From an uncultured virus (IMG/VR IMGVR_UViG_3300018080_006410) (lineage: Duplodnaviria > Heunggongvirae > Uroviricota > Caudoviricetes), in the IMG/VR virus record IMGVR_UViG_3300018080_006410: 64,000 bases of DNA; one strand, written 5' to 3'. Each line of letters starts with the position of its first letter. Position 1 is the first letter of the stretch. Position numbers and translations under genes: made by a program. Shown in pieces: positions 20,860 to 31,249 of the stretch. The notes under the pieces are model-generated. The model saw only the letters and a list, made by a program, of their open reading frames with translations, was not told the origin of the DNA and searched no databases.

Positions 20860-21323
20860 CAGCCCGCCTTCCCGAGAACGATGCTCACGCCGCCCTTCAT
20901 CTGACGGCCCGACACCGTCGTGAAGCTGACCGGGTACCTCGGACGCCGGTGGTTGTACCCTTCGTACGTGACGACCTCGTCCCCGCGTCGCCCCCTGATC
21001 CTGATCTGGTCCCCGACCTTGATGCCCTTGAGGCTGTCGGGAACCAGGAAGTCGTCGTCGACCCCGGCATGGCCGGACCGCGGAGGGCCACCCGGCATCG
21101 TCGTCGCGGCCTCCCTCAGCGCATCCATGTCGACGAGCCCCACGACGGCCGTGAAGTCCGCCACCGGCCCCTTGTACCGGGCGCCGAGCGCCTTGCCGGC
21201 CATCTGGAAAATGACGGGGTTGCTCGGATTGCCAGGCTTCTGCTCCAGCACGATCGCCAGCTTGCCATCGAGCCTCGCCGCCATGGTCCCGGGGATCAGG
21301 TCCTCAAGCGTCAGGTCGCTCAT
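20859..21323 (-). CDS. Hypothetical protein
   Basis: ORF with AAGGAGG RBS after class A motif. Confidence 0.65.
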   Translation of the reverse strand: MSDLTLEDLIPGTMAARLDGKLAIVLEQKPGNPSNPVIFQMAGKALGARYKGPVADFTAVVGLVDMDALREAATTMPGGPPRSGHAGVDDDFLVPDSLKGIKVGDQIRIRGRRGDEVVTYEGYNHRRPRYPVSFTTVSGRQMKGGVSIVLGKAG

Positions 21324-21359
21324 GTCGTCCTCCTTGTGTTGGCCGTTCTCGTCACACGC

Positions 21360-21395
21360 TCCACCCCATATTGCCGAAAGAGGGCGATTTTCCAC
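21360..21395 (-). promoter_or_regulatory. Class A promoter-like motif
   Basis: GTGGAAAATCGCCCTCTTTCGGCAATATGGGGTGGA. Confidence 0.7.
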
Positions 21396-21798
21396 GCGGA
21401 CAGCGAAAAAAGTCAAGGGAGGTCAACGGCCGGCAGCCAGAGGGACTCGGAGACGGCGACCGCCTGCGGCTTCACCTGCGGCCTCGCGGACGACCGCCTG
21501 GCGAACCGCTCGGGCGTCACCGGCGTGGGAAGGACATAGCCGACGAAGGCGTCGTACAGCATCTCCTCCATGACGGAAGCGGGAACCTGGCGAGCCAGCC
21601 ACGGCTCGCAGACCGCGTCGGCGAGAGAGACCATCATGGTCCACTCGTCGCGGTCGTTCCTGCAAAGGAAGTAGACCATGGGCCGATCCGGATGCCTCCG
21701 CATCGACATGATGCGTCCGGGCCACGAGCTGTCGCCATCCCTCAGGAGCTCTCCCGTCTCGTAGTCGTAGGCCCTCTTCAACTTGCGGCCGCCCCGTC

Positions 21799-22140
21799 TC
21801 ACCCCGACCCCCTCGCCGGGTTCGGCACAGGAGCCCCTCCGTCGCTCACGTCCCAGGACCTCACCTCGTTCGCCTCGCCCTCCAGCAGCAGGAACTCCTT
21901 GTCGCCCCCCGGTCGCCCGACGACGGCCCTCCCGTTCCTCCGCAGCAAGTCGCAGACCCTTCGGTAGGTGAGCGGCGACTCGGTCGCCACGACGTCGTCG
22001 TAGGCCACCATGGAGGACTCCAGGTCCGGCACGAGGCCGACCATGGAGTCCCACGCGTTCTTCTTCTGGGTGAAGGTCCCGCGCACGAACATGCGCCCGA
22101 CCCCGGGCATCCTCTGAGCCATGACCACAAGCCTAGCCAT
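21799..22140 (-). CDS. Hypothetical protein
   Basis: ORF coupled to ATPase stop. Confidence 0.55.
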   Translation of the reverse strand: MARLVVMAQRMPGVGRMFVRGTFTQKKNAWDSMVGLVPDLESSMVAYDDVVATESPLTYRRVCDLLRRNGRAVVGRPGGDKEFLLLEGEANEVRSWDVSDGGAPVPNPARGSG

Positions 22141-24716
22141 CACACCACCTTCATGATGAGGTCCTTGAGCTCGTCGTTCCCGAGTATCCACTGCACCATG
22201 CGCCCCTCGTCACGGACCCTGTTGATGCGGAGGCAGAGGGCATGCCTCATGTCCTCCTCCAGGCACGGCAGCGTCAGGAAGCGCTGGACGTTGGCAACTG
22301 CCGACGCCGTCTGCTCGCACTCGGGGTTGGCCAGCCTGGCGAAGAGCCGGCTGGAGATGACCCCGACCACGTCGATCCTCTTCTCCCTCCTGGTCATGAG
22401 GTCCTTGACGTGCTTGAAGGCCGACTCGTCCCCGAGCAGTATCCGCTCCGGCTCGACGGCCATCTCCACGTCCCTCTGGAAGAAGGTCAGGATGGAATGG
22501 ACCGTGACGTCGTCCAGGAGCGCCTGGGCCATCCTCCTGAGACGCGCGACCGACTCCTTGCCCTTCAGGCTCGGCACCCTCTTTGAGTACCGGAAGAAGT
22601 CCGACAGCGTCCGCGGCATCGTCCTCTCGCCCCCGACCATCATCTCGGGGTAGGACAGGACGTAGTTGATCCCCCGTGGGTCGAGCCCCTGGGCGTCGGC
22701 CCAGACCGCCCACTCCTTGGCGTCGTGCCTCAGGGTCGCGCTGCGGAACCTGGTCAGGATCGCCTTGTCGATGGTCGTCACGAGGTACTCCTGCTCGTCC
22801 GGGTTGGCCGACATCACTATGTTGCAGCCAGGCGGCAGCCTCCAGCTCATCATCCCGTAGGTCTGCATCAGCTGCATGATCCCCTTGACGATGCGGCCGC
22901 TCGCCCGGTTCCAGTCCTCCAGGTGGAGGATCGACGGCCCCGGCCGGTGAGGCACCCAGTCCGGAGGCGCGTACATTGTCCTGACGCCCGCCGTGTGATC
23001 GACGTCCCACCCGTCGTTGACGTAGCCCTTGGCCACTTCCATCGGCACCCACAGCTCATCGTTCCTGCCGTGATTCCTGCGAATCAGGACGTGCTTGTCG
23101 GGGAGCCCGTGCAGGTCGCCCATCTCCTCGAACTGCGCGATGGGGACATGCCTGACGTCGTAGCCCTCGTAGTCGTCGCCCTCCCACTTGACCGGCACCT
23201 TCCGGAACTGGTCGATCTTACCAGAATTGTGAACCACGATCCCATTAGCCACGAACTCATGACCATTCGGCACGCACAGATCGAAGAGGGGAATGCGACC
23301 AGCATCCCAGGTCTCCTCCACTGTCTCGTACCTATAAGCCATCACATAGTCCAGAAGCGTCCTGTACGACTCGTCGGCGGCATCCAGGACGGCAGCAATC
23401 CTCTCAACCTTCTCCCTGCTCCACACCTTTCGCCTCTTCTTGAGGCCCTCGCCATAGATGCTGTTCAGCGGACAGGAGTGGACGGCCTTCTTCCCGACAT
23501 GGCCACCATTCGCCAGGTGCGAATCCTTCATGGCCCGAAGGAACCCCCACGCCCAACAGGAGGGGACACCATCCTTGTTCGGATTGGATGAACGATCAAG
23601 CCATTCACCCGCGGCCCTGGAGAAGCCGACAACCTCATTGAAGGCCCTCGCGTCCTCTCCGGTAACGTTCAGCCTCCACGCCTTCTTCGTCTTCCTTCTG
23701 AGAGAGGCCATCACGCCGAAACGCAGAAGCATGAACTGCACCTGCTCCAGCATCCTCTTCGAGTTCGACCCTATCGAGATTCCATGCAACTCGTTGGAGC
23801 CCCCGGCCTCCACGAGCGCCTTCAGAAACCCCAACTGGCTACGTTTCGAGGACCGCATGACGGAATAGGGAACGCGCACATCGTCGCTTCCCGCATAGTC
23901 AAGACCTATCTCGGCCAGCCACCTCCTGATCGCCGTCCTGTTCACAGAGTAGTCGAAATTGCCATCCCCCTTGTGGGAAGATCGAACAGGCCGGAGCCCA
24001 AACACTTTTTCAAATCTCAGACAGTAGGCGTCCCCGAGCGGACGAGACTCATGCTGCGAGAACTTGACCACATAACGAGAGCCCTGTGCCCCCTCCCCAA
24101 CGAGAGCCCCGAGCACGAAGGCCAAGTCGGGCGTCATCCTCGATGGCACCACAAAATCACGGATGCAATATCTCCCGAGGTCGCCAAGGGAAGGAAGCCC
24201 CATGTCGGGCGCATCGACCCTGACAAAATCGACAACGACAAAATCGCCGATCTCCAGTTCGGGCAGGTTCTTCCATTTGAACCCCGATTCCGTCAGCACC
24301 TTCACCGGATGCTCCAGGCTGCCAACGATCTCCCTCCCATTGCTCGTCCTGATCCCGATGGCATCCTTCAAACCGGCATGATACACAAAAGCTACCTGCT
24401 GCATCGGGTCGCTTCGGTTCGGAGTGTGAACCCTAAGGTCGACAACCCCCCTTGTGGAGTCGTCCCCCAGGCCGTCACAGCACTCGGCTATCTCCACCAT
24501 CCCGTCGTCAGTCACGACGAGAGACTCCCCAGCAATGCACTTTCCGACACCGGAATGACCCCACACGCAGGTGGAGAACCGGTCCCGATCGTTCTTGATC
24601 TCGTAGTTCAGGCTGAACGACTCGGCCAGGAAGTCGTCGAGCTCGGAGTAGCTCAGCTTCGGCCCGTAGCAGCCCTCGTACGAGAGGTCCTGCTCTTGAT
24701 CTTTGTCTTTCCCCAT
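22140..24716 (-). CDS. AAA+ ATPase (MoxR/dynein-related) containing an intein
   Basis: Walker A GHSGVGK|S split by intein; Walker B ILHLEDWNRA; SANP; DKAILTRF. Confidence 0.85.
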   Translation of the reverse strand: MGKDKDQEQDLSYEGCYGPKLSYSELDDFLAESFSLNYEIKNDRDRFSTCVWGHSGVGKCIAGESLVVTDDGMVEIAECCDGLGDDSTRGVVDLRVHTPNRSDPMQQVAFVYHAGLKDAIGIRTSNGREIVGSLEHPVKVLTESGFKWKNLPELEIGDFVVVDFVRVDAPDMGLPSLGDLGRYCIRDFVVPSRMTPDLAFVLGALVGEGAQGSRYVVKFSQHESRPLGDAYCLRFEKVFGLRPVRSSHKGDGNFDYSVNRTAIRRWLAEIGLDYAGSDDVRVPYSVMRSSKRSQLGFLKALVEAGGSNELHGISIGSNSKRMLEQVQFMLLRFGVMASLRRKTKKAWRLNVTGEDARAFNEVVGFSRAAGEWLDRSSNPNKDGVPSCWAWGFLRAMKDSHLANGGHVGKKAVHSCPLNSIYGEGLKKRRKVWSREKVERIAAVLDAADESYRTLLDYVMAYRYETVEETWDAGRIPLFDLCVPNGHEFVANGIVVHNSGKIDQFRKVPVKWEGDDYEGYDVRHVPIAQFEEMGDLHGLPDKHVLIRRNHGRNDELWVPMEVAKGYVNDGWDVDHTAGVRTMYAPPDWVPHRPGPSILHLEDWNRASGRIVKGIMQLMQTYGMMSWRLPPGCNIVMSANPDEQEYLVTTIDKAILTRFRSATLRHDAKEWAVWADAQGLDPRGINYVLSYPEMMVGGERTMPRTLSDFFRYSKRVPSLKGKESVARLRRMAQALLDDVTVHSILTFFQRDVEMAVEPERILLGDESAFKHVKDLMTRREKRIDVVGVISSRLFARLANPECEQTASAVANVQRFLTLPCLEEDMRHALCLRINRVRDEGRMVQWILGNDELKDLIMKVV
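23226..24539 (-). mobile_element. Intein with LAGLIDADG homing endonuclease (438 aa)
   Basis: Begins CIAGESLV, ends FDLCVPNGHEFVANGIVVHN/S; LGALVGEG and FLKALVEAGG motifs; visibly lower GC. Confidence 0.92.
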
Positions 24717-24717
24717 G

Positions 24718-25239
24718 TCAGCCCCTCCACTTGAACGAGACCCTGTAGTCCCGGCTCGTCCTCACCACCCTGTCCAGCGCCTCGGCAGCCTTGTCATGCT
24801 CCACCTCGCCGGTCCTGGACCCCGGGCCGTCCAGGTCCGCCGCCTTGGCGGAGTAGGCCACCTCGATGCTCGCCCCGATGCCGGCAGCCTCCAGGGCGTC
24901 CGCGGCCCTCTGCACGTCCCCCGGGGCCACGACGAGCCTCCTCTTCGCGTCGACCAGGTCCAGGAGGCCCGAGTCGATGGCCGGCCTGACAAGCTCCTCG
25001 AAGACCGGCTCGCCGACCAGGATCGTCACCTTGTCGGAGGCGGTCACCATCACGTCGGCCTCCGTCCCCCGGACGACGACGGACTTCTCCCCCTTCTCGA
25101 ACATCCCCTTGACGCCCTCGACGATCTTGAGCTTGTAGCCCTTGTCCTGGGCCGTCAGCTCGGTCAGCCTGTTGTTCACCCGCGCAGCCTCGTCCGCGAC
25201 CGCCACGAGCGCCTCCGACGCCTCTATCTGCCTAGCCAT
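24718..25239 (-). CDS. Hypothetical protein
   Basis: 173-aa ORF in operon. Confidence 0.65.
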   Translation of the reverse strand: MARQIEASEALVAVADEAARVNNRLTELTAQDKGYKLKIVEGVKGMFEKGEKSVVVRGTEADVMVTASDKVTILVGEPVFEELVRPAIDSGLLDLVDAKRRLVVAPGDVQRAADALEAAGIGASIEVAYSAKAADLDGPGSRTGEVEHDKAAEALDRVVRTSRDYRVSFKWRG

Positions 25240-25254
25240 CTTCCCGTCTCCTTC

Positions 25255-25884
25255 TCACGTTACCCTGCCAACTATCGAACGACCATCTTCCTCCGTCACG
25301 TGGTAGGCCCGGTCGGCCACGTCCACCATCCTCTCGTGATGCGAGCTAATGAGGAGCTGCACCCCGAGCCTGTCCGACAGCGCCCTCAGGAACTGGGCCA
25401 CGAGCTCGACCCTGTCGGGGTCTATGTGCTTCCAGCACTCGTCCAGCGCGCACACCCGGTCCGTCTGCCTGGAGCCGATCAGGACCATGAGGCGCATGGG
25501 GACGCTGATCGTGTCAGCCACGCCTCCCCCGAAGCCGCCAAGGCCGCGCCTGACCTCGCCGACCGCGGTCTTCCTGACGAGCTCCACGTCCAGGTTGGAA
25601 CGATTGTTCTTCATGCAGTAGGTCAGCTCGACGGAGTAGTCCGGCCCGTAGATGAGCCTCAGCGCCTCCGTCACGACCGTCTCGATCTTGCCCTTCATGG
25701 CCCCGCGCCTGGCGTTGGCCACACGCTCCAGGAAGACCAGGGCCTGCTGCCCCACCTCCAGGCTGGAGACGACCTCGATCATCCTGTCATCGGCCTCGCT
25801 GGCCTGGCGCTCCAGCAACGCGTTCTCAGCCAGCCTCCGGTCCAGGTCCGCCCTCCGCCTCGCCGTCTCGCTTTCCACGTCCAT
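25255..25884 (-). CDS. SbcC/Rad50-like ATPase, C-terminal half
   Basis: Coiled coil, signature-like GGGVAD, Walker B/D-loop LDECWKHID, H-loop ISSHH; no Walker A. Confidence 0.7.
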   Translation of the reverse strand: MDVESETARRRADLDRRLAENALLERQASEADDRMIEVVSSLEVGQQALVFLERVANARRGAMKGKIETVVTEALRLIYGPDYSVELTYCMKNNRSNLDVELVRKTAVGEVRRGLGGFGGGVADTISVPMRLMVLIGSRQTDRVCALDECWKHIDPDRVELVAQFLRALSDRLGVQLLISSHHERMVDVADRAYHVTEEDGRSIVGRVT

Positions 25885-26545
25885 GGTCGACTCCTCAGTT
25901 CAAGCTGTAGTGGCCTATCGGCCCCGGGCCCGTCGGCGGGCCTTCCCCGCCCCTCCTCGCCTCGGCCATGCTGCGCTCCATCGAGATAACCGTCCGCATT
26001 GCCAGGTAGACCACCTCCATGACGGACCCCCGGATGTAGACCGACTGGTGGCCCGTGGCCACGCCGACCGCCATGACGACGTCGCCGCCCAGAGCCTCGC
26101 CCACCTCCCTCGCCATCTCGTCGGTCCCCCCGCCGCCCTTGACGGCGAGAGCGCCCCCTTTCGCGCCGGCCCACCAGGGCGGCATCGCGGCCATGACCCT
26201 GGAGAGCCTGAGGCAGAGGTCCACGACGATCGGCTGCGGCAGCGTGGACAGGCACCGGGTCAGGGCCCTGTCGTCACCGTCGTCCATGACGGCGACCATG
26301 CACTGGTAGCCCTCCTGGCACCAGCGCCCCATCGCATCCTCCATCTGTCGCTGCCTGTCCACCATCACCTCTCCCGCTCCAGCCCGTAGGCCTGGCAAAA
26401 CTGCCCCAGGGTGGGTCGGTCGCCCGCCTTCGGGTCCGGACACCACCTCACTGCCATTATACGCCCGTCGGGGCGCTTGAAAGTCCGGACTTCTCCACCT
26501 TCCGCCCTTTTCACCACCAGATAGCGCCCCAGGGCGAGATAAAGC

Positions 26546-27091
26546 TCACTCGGCGTCCTCATGCTCGACTACCTCCTTGATCCTGTCCAGGTCCACCACG
26601 CCGAGCAACACCGCGTCCACGCCCCAATCGTCGTCCGCGCGCCTCCACGTCTTGGCCTCGAAAGCCGCCACGAACGAAATGGCCCGCAACTTCGGATGCG
26701 TGACGTCATACGACATCAGGCACGCTGGAGGCAACGGCAACCCGTCCATCCTCCTCTGCTCGGCAGCCATCCTCCTCTCGGCAATGGCGAACAAGGCCTC
26801 CTCCAAACCCTCGATGACGTGGGAGAGGCCCATCTCCTGGACCTCGTGCTCCAGCAGGCAACCGGCAGACCCGTCGCTCCACGAGCCGACGAAGGTCACG
26901 TTCATGCCGGCGTTCGGCTCCGTGAAGACGTGCCACGGCTCGAGCTCCTGGCCGAGGGCCGTCTTCCCGGTCCGCTCCTCGGACGTCTCGTCGGCCCGCT
27001 TCCGCATGACGGCGAACTCGTCGTCCCACGGAACGGCGTCGCCGACATCGTAGAAGACCACCGTCACCTGGGCCAAGTGCATCTCGCTCAT
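26546..27091 (-). CDS. Hypothetical protein
   Basis: ORF MSEMHLAQVTVV... Confidence 0.55.
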   Translation of the reverse strand: MSEMHLAQVTVVFYDVGDAVPWDDEFAVMRKRADETSEERTGKTALGQELEPWHVFTEPNAGMNVTFVGSWSDGSAGCLLEHEVQEMGLSHVIEGLEEALFAIAERRMAAEQRRMDGLPLPPACLMSYDVTHPKLRAISFVAAFEAKTWRRADDDWGVDAVLLGVVDLDRIKEVVEHEDAE

Positions 27092-27462
27092 TCCATGTAC
27101 TCCAGCTCCGCTATCACCTCGTCCGCGATCATGTCGGCATCGGACTCCGGATTGTCCACGCGCACCATCATGCCCTTGCCGTCCCACCCGTGCCCATGCC
27201 TCTGCGCGATCACGTCGGGGAAGTTCAAGGTGTCGAACTCGGCATCCTGAATCGCCATCGAGATCATGTCGTGGGTGGGGCCGTCCAGCCCCATCCTCTC
27301 CGCGGCGACGAACAAGCCGTGCGCCCTCTCCCCCGGCATGCTCGGCACATCCATGTCATCCACCACCTATCACTTTCAGCTCGGCCTCGATCCGTTCGGC
27401 CCGCTCGGTCATGGCCGACCCGCCAAGGCCCTTTCCACATCTCCGCTTCCATGGGCCGTCTC

Positions 27463-29382
27463 TCAGCCCCGCATCATCTCGACCAGCTCGTCCTCGCCGA
27501 TGATGGCGGTCCCGTTGGCCACTGCCTTCTTCGTCTTGCCTGACGTGCTGGACGCGTCAGCCTGAACCAGGAAGTCCAATCCCTTCCCGACACTCGACCT
27601 CACCTCGCCGCCCGCGGCCTCGATGTCCGCGGCTATCGCCTTCCTCGGCCGACTCATGGCGCCGGTCAGACAGAAGCTCCGTCCGACCAGAGGCCCCTCG
27701 GCCTCGGCCACGTCCTGCACCTCTATGATCCCGGCCAGCTCCTCGACCTCCTTCGCGATCTCCGCCAGCCCGAGCGCGATGGAGCCGGCCGTCGTCTCCC
27801 CGATCCCGTCCAGCCCGACCAGCCGGCCAACCATGAGGGGAAGGTCCGGACACGCCACGATCTTGGAGAGGGACCGGTACTCCTTCGCCACCGCCCTGGA
27901 CGTCGTGCGCCCGAGCCCGCCAACCCCGAGAGCGGAAAGGAACTGGTGCAGCGGGACCTCGTTCCGGCCCAGGATCGCCTCCATGGCGTTCCTCGCCGCC
28001 TGCGTCCCCCCGGCCGCCTCCTGAAGCCCCGAGAAGGGGATGGAGTACAAGTCCGGCAGCCTCTTGACGAGGCCTTTCCGACAGAGAGCCGAGACGAGCG
28101 CCGGCCCCACCCCGAGGACGTCCATGCGCCTCAGGTAGTGGAGCACCCTCTCCTCCAGCTTCGCCGGGCACGAGACGGAGTCGCACCAGAGGTTCACGTC
28201 GTCGAACCTCAGCTTGCTCCCGCAGGACGGGCAGACCCCCGGCCTCGGAATCGCGGCGCCCTCCGGCCCGTCCGTCTTCCGCACCACCTGCGGGATGATG
28301 TCGCCGGCCTTCTGGACCAGCACCCGGCAGCCGGCGCAGAGCCCCAGCTCCTCCAGGAACTTCTGGTTGTGGAGCGTCACGTTCTTGACCACGCTCCCGG
28401 ACAGGGCCGTGGGCTCGATCCTCGCCATGGGCGTCATGCGCCCGGTCCTGCCCACCTGCCAATCCACGCTGCGCACGACGGCGACCTTCTGCTCGGGGCG
28501 GAACTTGTAGGCTATCTTCCCATTGGGGCGCCGCCCCGACCACCCGAGCTCCTCCTGCGTCTCCAGGTCTCCGATCGCCAGCACCATGCCGTCGATCTCG
28601 AAGTTCATCTTCTGGCGCTTGGAGAACTCGCAGTCGTGAAGCTCGGCCTCCAGCTCGGCCCTCAGGTTCGGCCCGTCATGGAACCTCTTCATGGACACGT
28701 ACGGCACGCCGAGCTCGTTCTTCGCGTAGACGTGCCGGGCCGTCTCCGACTCCAGGCCGTGGACTCCCGTGATCTCGTAGCACCGGAAGCAGAGCCCGCG
28801 GCTCGCCGTCACCTTCGGGTCCTTGGCGCACAGGCTGCCGGCCGCCGCGTTCCTCGGGTTGGCGAAGTCGATGGAGCCGGTCTCCTGGAAACCCCGGAAG
28901 ACGTCCTTCGGCATGTAGACCTCGCCCCGCATCTCGACGGGCCCCTTGTCCTCGATCTCCTCGCGCACCCCGTCGACGCCCCTGGCGTTGTCGGTCACGT
29001 CCTGGCCGATCTCCCCGTCGCCCCGTGTCGCGGCCTGGACGAACCGCCCGCTCCTGTAGTTCAGCCTTATGGCCAGGCCGTCCATCTTCGGCATCAGGAC
29101 GATGTCGCCACCCCCGCAGGCCTCGTGCCACGCCATCACCTCGTCCACGGTCGTCGCCTTCTTCAGCGAGCCCATGGTCGAGCTGTGCTTCACCTTGCGC
29201 CCGTAGGACGGCACCGAGCCGACCTCCACCAGCGCCGGGGACTCCGGGTCGAGCTCCGTCAGCTCGGCCACCAGCTCGTCGTACTCGGCGTCCGTGATCT
29301 CCTGCTTCGCCTCGTTGAAGTAGATGTCGGAGTGGTACCGCACGAGCCCTTCGAGCTCTCTTATCCGTTCGTTGACGCCCAT
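27463..29382 (-). CDS. ligA: NAD-dependent DNA ligase
   Basis: KMDGLA, TRGDG..GQDVT, NPRNAAAGS, QVGRTG..TP, Zn finger CPSCG, HhH, C-terminal BRCT. Confidence 0.97.
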   Translation of the reverse strand: MGVNERIRELEGLVRYHSDIYFNEAKQEITDAEYDELVAELTELDPESPALVEVGSVPSYGRKVKHSSTMGSLKKATTVDEVMAWHEACGGGDIVLMPKMDGLAIRLNYRSGRFVQAATRGDGEIGQDVTDNARGVDGVREEIEDKGPVEMRGEVYMPKDVFRGFQETGSIDFANPRNAAAGSLCAKDPKVTASRGLCFRCYEITGVHGLESETARHVYAKNELGVPYVSMKRFHDGPNLRAELEAELHDCEFSKRQKMNFEIDGMVLAIGDLETQEELGWSGRRPNGKIAYKFRPEQKVAVVRSVDWQVGRTGRMTPMARIEPTALSGSVVKNVTLHNQKFLEELGLCAGCRVLVQKAGDIIPQVVRKTDGPEGAAIPRPGVCPSCGSKLRFDDVNLWCDSVSCPAKLEERVLHYLRRMDVLGVGPALVSALCRKGLVKRLPDLYSIPFSGLQEAAGGTQAARNAMEAILGRNEVPLHQFLSALGVGGLGRTTSRAVAKEYRSLSKIVACPDLPLMVGRLVGLDGIGETTAGSIALGLAEIAKEVEELAGIIEVQDVAEAEGPLVGRSFCLTGAMSRPRKAIAADIEAAGGEVRSSVGKGLDFLVQADASSTSGKTKKAVANGTAIIGEDELVEMMRG

Positions 29383-29423
29383 GTCATGATCCTCCTTCTT
29401 TTCCCATTATACGCCTTGAACAG

Positions 29424-29450
29424 AAAAGCCGGAGGACACCCTCCGGCTTT
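29424..29450. terminator. Bidirectional intrinsic terminator
   Basis: AAAAGCCGGAGG-ACAC-CCTCCGGCTTT. Confidence 0.7.
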
Positions 29451-29462
29451 CCCGTGACACCT

Positions 29463-30599
29463 TCAGGAGGCGAGGGTGTAGGTCCCGCGCCCCGCCCGGA
29501 CGAAGGGGCTGTCGGCCCCGTCCCGGCCAGCCTCGGCGATCCACGACGCCACGGTCTTGTGGGGGTCGCGGCCACGCTTGGCCAGGCCCGCCTCGAACGC
29601 CTTGTCGGCGATGTCCCGATAGTGGAGCGGGACGCCAGCCGCCCCCAGGACCCCCTTGACGGCCTCGACGACCTGAGTCCCGTATCCGCCCGACGCGGTC
29701 GAACCGCCCTTCTTGCGACCCTTGGCCTTGCGGACCATCCGAGTGGCCTGCATGGCAGCCATCTTGGCCGCGACCGTCTGCGCCGCGTCCGACAGCTTCT
29801 CCGCGAGCGCCTCGTGCCGGGCCTCCTCGCCCAGGATGTTGGAGTACACCTTCATGAGCTCGTCAAGCCCGGCGATCGTCGCCTCGTGGTCAACGAGGCC
29901 GGCCGCCCGCTTGCCGATGCGCTCGACCGCCCGGAGGGTCTCCTCGATCCTCTTCTCGATCTCGCCCTCGACCGACTCCCAGACGTTCTCCCGCTCCCTG
30001 ACGCCGTTCACGACGCCTTCGAGGTAGAGCTTGGCCCCAGTCTTCAGCTCGTCCAGTACGGCCTGCGCGTTCTCGACGATGGTCGCCACGTGGCCGGGGA
30101 CGAACCAGATGCCGCCCGTCGGGCGCTTCGGAACCCCGAAGCACATGCCGACCACCCGGCGCAGGAAGATGCGGACGTCGTCATCCGTGACCGCGCCCTT
30201 GACCTTGTTGTAGCGCTTCTGGAAGTCCTCGGCAAGCGGGCCTTCCGCGTCCACCCGTCCGGTCTCCTTGTCGAAGCGGACCGTCGTGCCCTGCTCGAAC
30301 GCGACCTCCTCGTCGCCCTTGCGGGTCTGGTCGAGGATGCCATAGACCACGTAGCGGTCGTTGTCCTTGGTCTTCTCGGTCACGCGCCGGTTGCTCTTGT
30401 GCCGGCGATCCTGCAGGGAGTGCGCCGCGCGGGACACCTCGGTCCGCGGGCTCGGCACCGGGAAGTCGCATTCCTGGAAGCCGTTTCTCACCGCGGCAGC
30501 CTGGGCATCCTCCGCCGGAATGACGATGCCCTGCGGCACCGTGTACCAGACGTTGACCCCCAGCCCCGCGCCCGTGCCTTCGTTGATGGTCTCTGTCAT
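29463..30599 (-). CDS. Phage protein with C-terminal winged-helix (HARE-HTH-like) domain
   Basis: C-term VVEAVKGVLGAAGVPLHYRDIAD...PHKTVASWI...FVRAGRGTYTL. Confidence 0.65.
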   Translation of the reverse strand: MTETINEGTGAGLGVNVWYTVPQGIVIPAEDAQAAAVRNGFQECDFPVPSPRTEVSRAAHSLQDRRHKSNRRVTEKTKDNDRYVVYGILDQTRKGDEEVAFEQGTTVRFDKETGRVDAEGPLAEDFQKRYNKVKGAVTDDDVRIFLRRVVGMCFGVPKRPTGGIWFVPGHVATIVENAQAVLDELKTGAKLYLEGVVNGVRERENVWESVEGEIEKRIEETLRAVERIGKRAAGLVDHEATIAGLDELMKVYSNILGEEARHEALAEKLSDAAQTVAAKMAAMQATRMVRKAKGRKKGGSTASGGYGTQVVEAVKGVLGAAGVPLHYRDIADKAFEAGLAKRGRDPHKTVASWIAEAGRDGADSPFVRAGRGTYTLAS

Positions 30600-30640
30600 C
30601 TTGTCGGTCCTCCTTGGTTGGCCGTTCTCATCGCACGCTC

Positions 30641-30675
30641 TACCCCCATATTGCCAAAAGAGGCAGGTTTTCCAC
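30641..30675 (-). promoter_or_regulatory. Class A promoter-like motif
   Basis: GTGGAAAACCTGCCTCTTTTGGCAATATGGGGGTA. Confidence 0.7.
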
Positions 30676-30716
30676 GCGGAGGAGCAAAAAAAGTCAGGAA
30701 AGATCAAAAGAAAGGA

Positions 30717-31124
30717 TCAGACCATGGCCGGGCGTCGCCGGACGCGCCGGACCTTCTCAGAAGGCCCCAGGCGGAAACGGAGCAGCCTCTCCGAGCGGCC
30801 CTCGGTGCGCCTCATCACGTCATAGATGTTCTCGCCGGAGTGGGCCTTCTCACCAACCTGCCGGAAGACCTCGTCGTCGGCCGCGGCGATCCTGCCGCCG
30901 TAGACGAAGACGACGTCATCCTCCTGCGCCAATATCGCGCTCGGCTCGTCGAAGGAGAACATCCGGCCGGCCACCGTCAGCTCCACGACGTTGTCGAAGA
31001 TGTTCCGGACCACCTTCTCCACGACGCCCACCACGTGGCACGCGCGACGGCTTCTTCTCGGCGGGGTCATGTCGACTCGCCGACCGAGCATCCGGTAGAT
31101 CAGGTACCTGTCGTTTCCATCCAT
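30717..31124 (-). CDS. Hypothetical protein
   Basis: 135-aa ORF. Confidence 0.6.
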   Translation of the reverse strand: MDGNDRYLIYRMLGRRVDMTPPRRSRRACHVVGVVEKVVRNIFDNVVELTVAGRMFSFDEPSAILAQEDDVVFVYGGRIAAADDEVFRQVGEKAHSGENIYDVMRRTEGRSERLLRFRLGPSEKVRRVRRRPAMV

Positions 31125-31189
31125 ACGCGGGCCACCTCCGGTTGACTAACAAATAGCGCAGGACAACCCCGAAAGCAAGCGATCCGGAC

Positions 31190-31223
31190 AAAGAAAAAGG
31201 GCCGGGACCTTGATGTCCCGGCC
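31190..31223 (-). terminator. Intrinsic terminator
   Basis: GGGCCGGGAC-ATCAAG-GTCCCGGCCC-TTTTTCTTT. Confidence 0.8.
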
Positions 31224-31249
31224 CGGAGCGGCACGGCCAGCCGCCGAGG

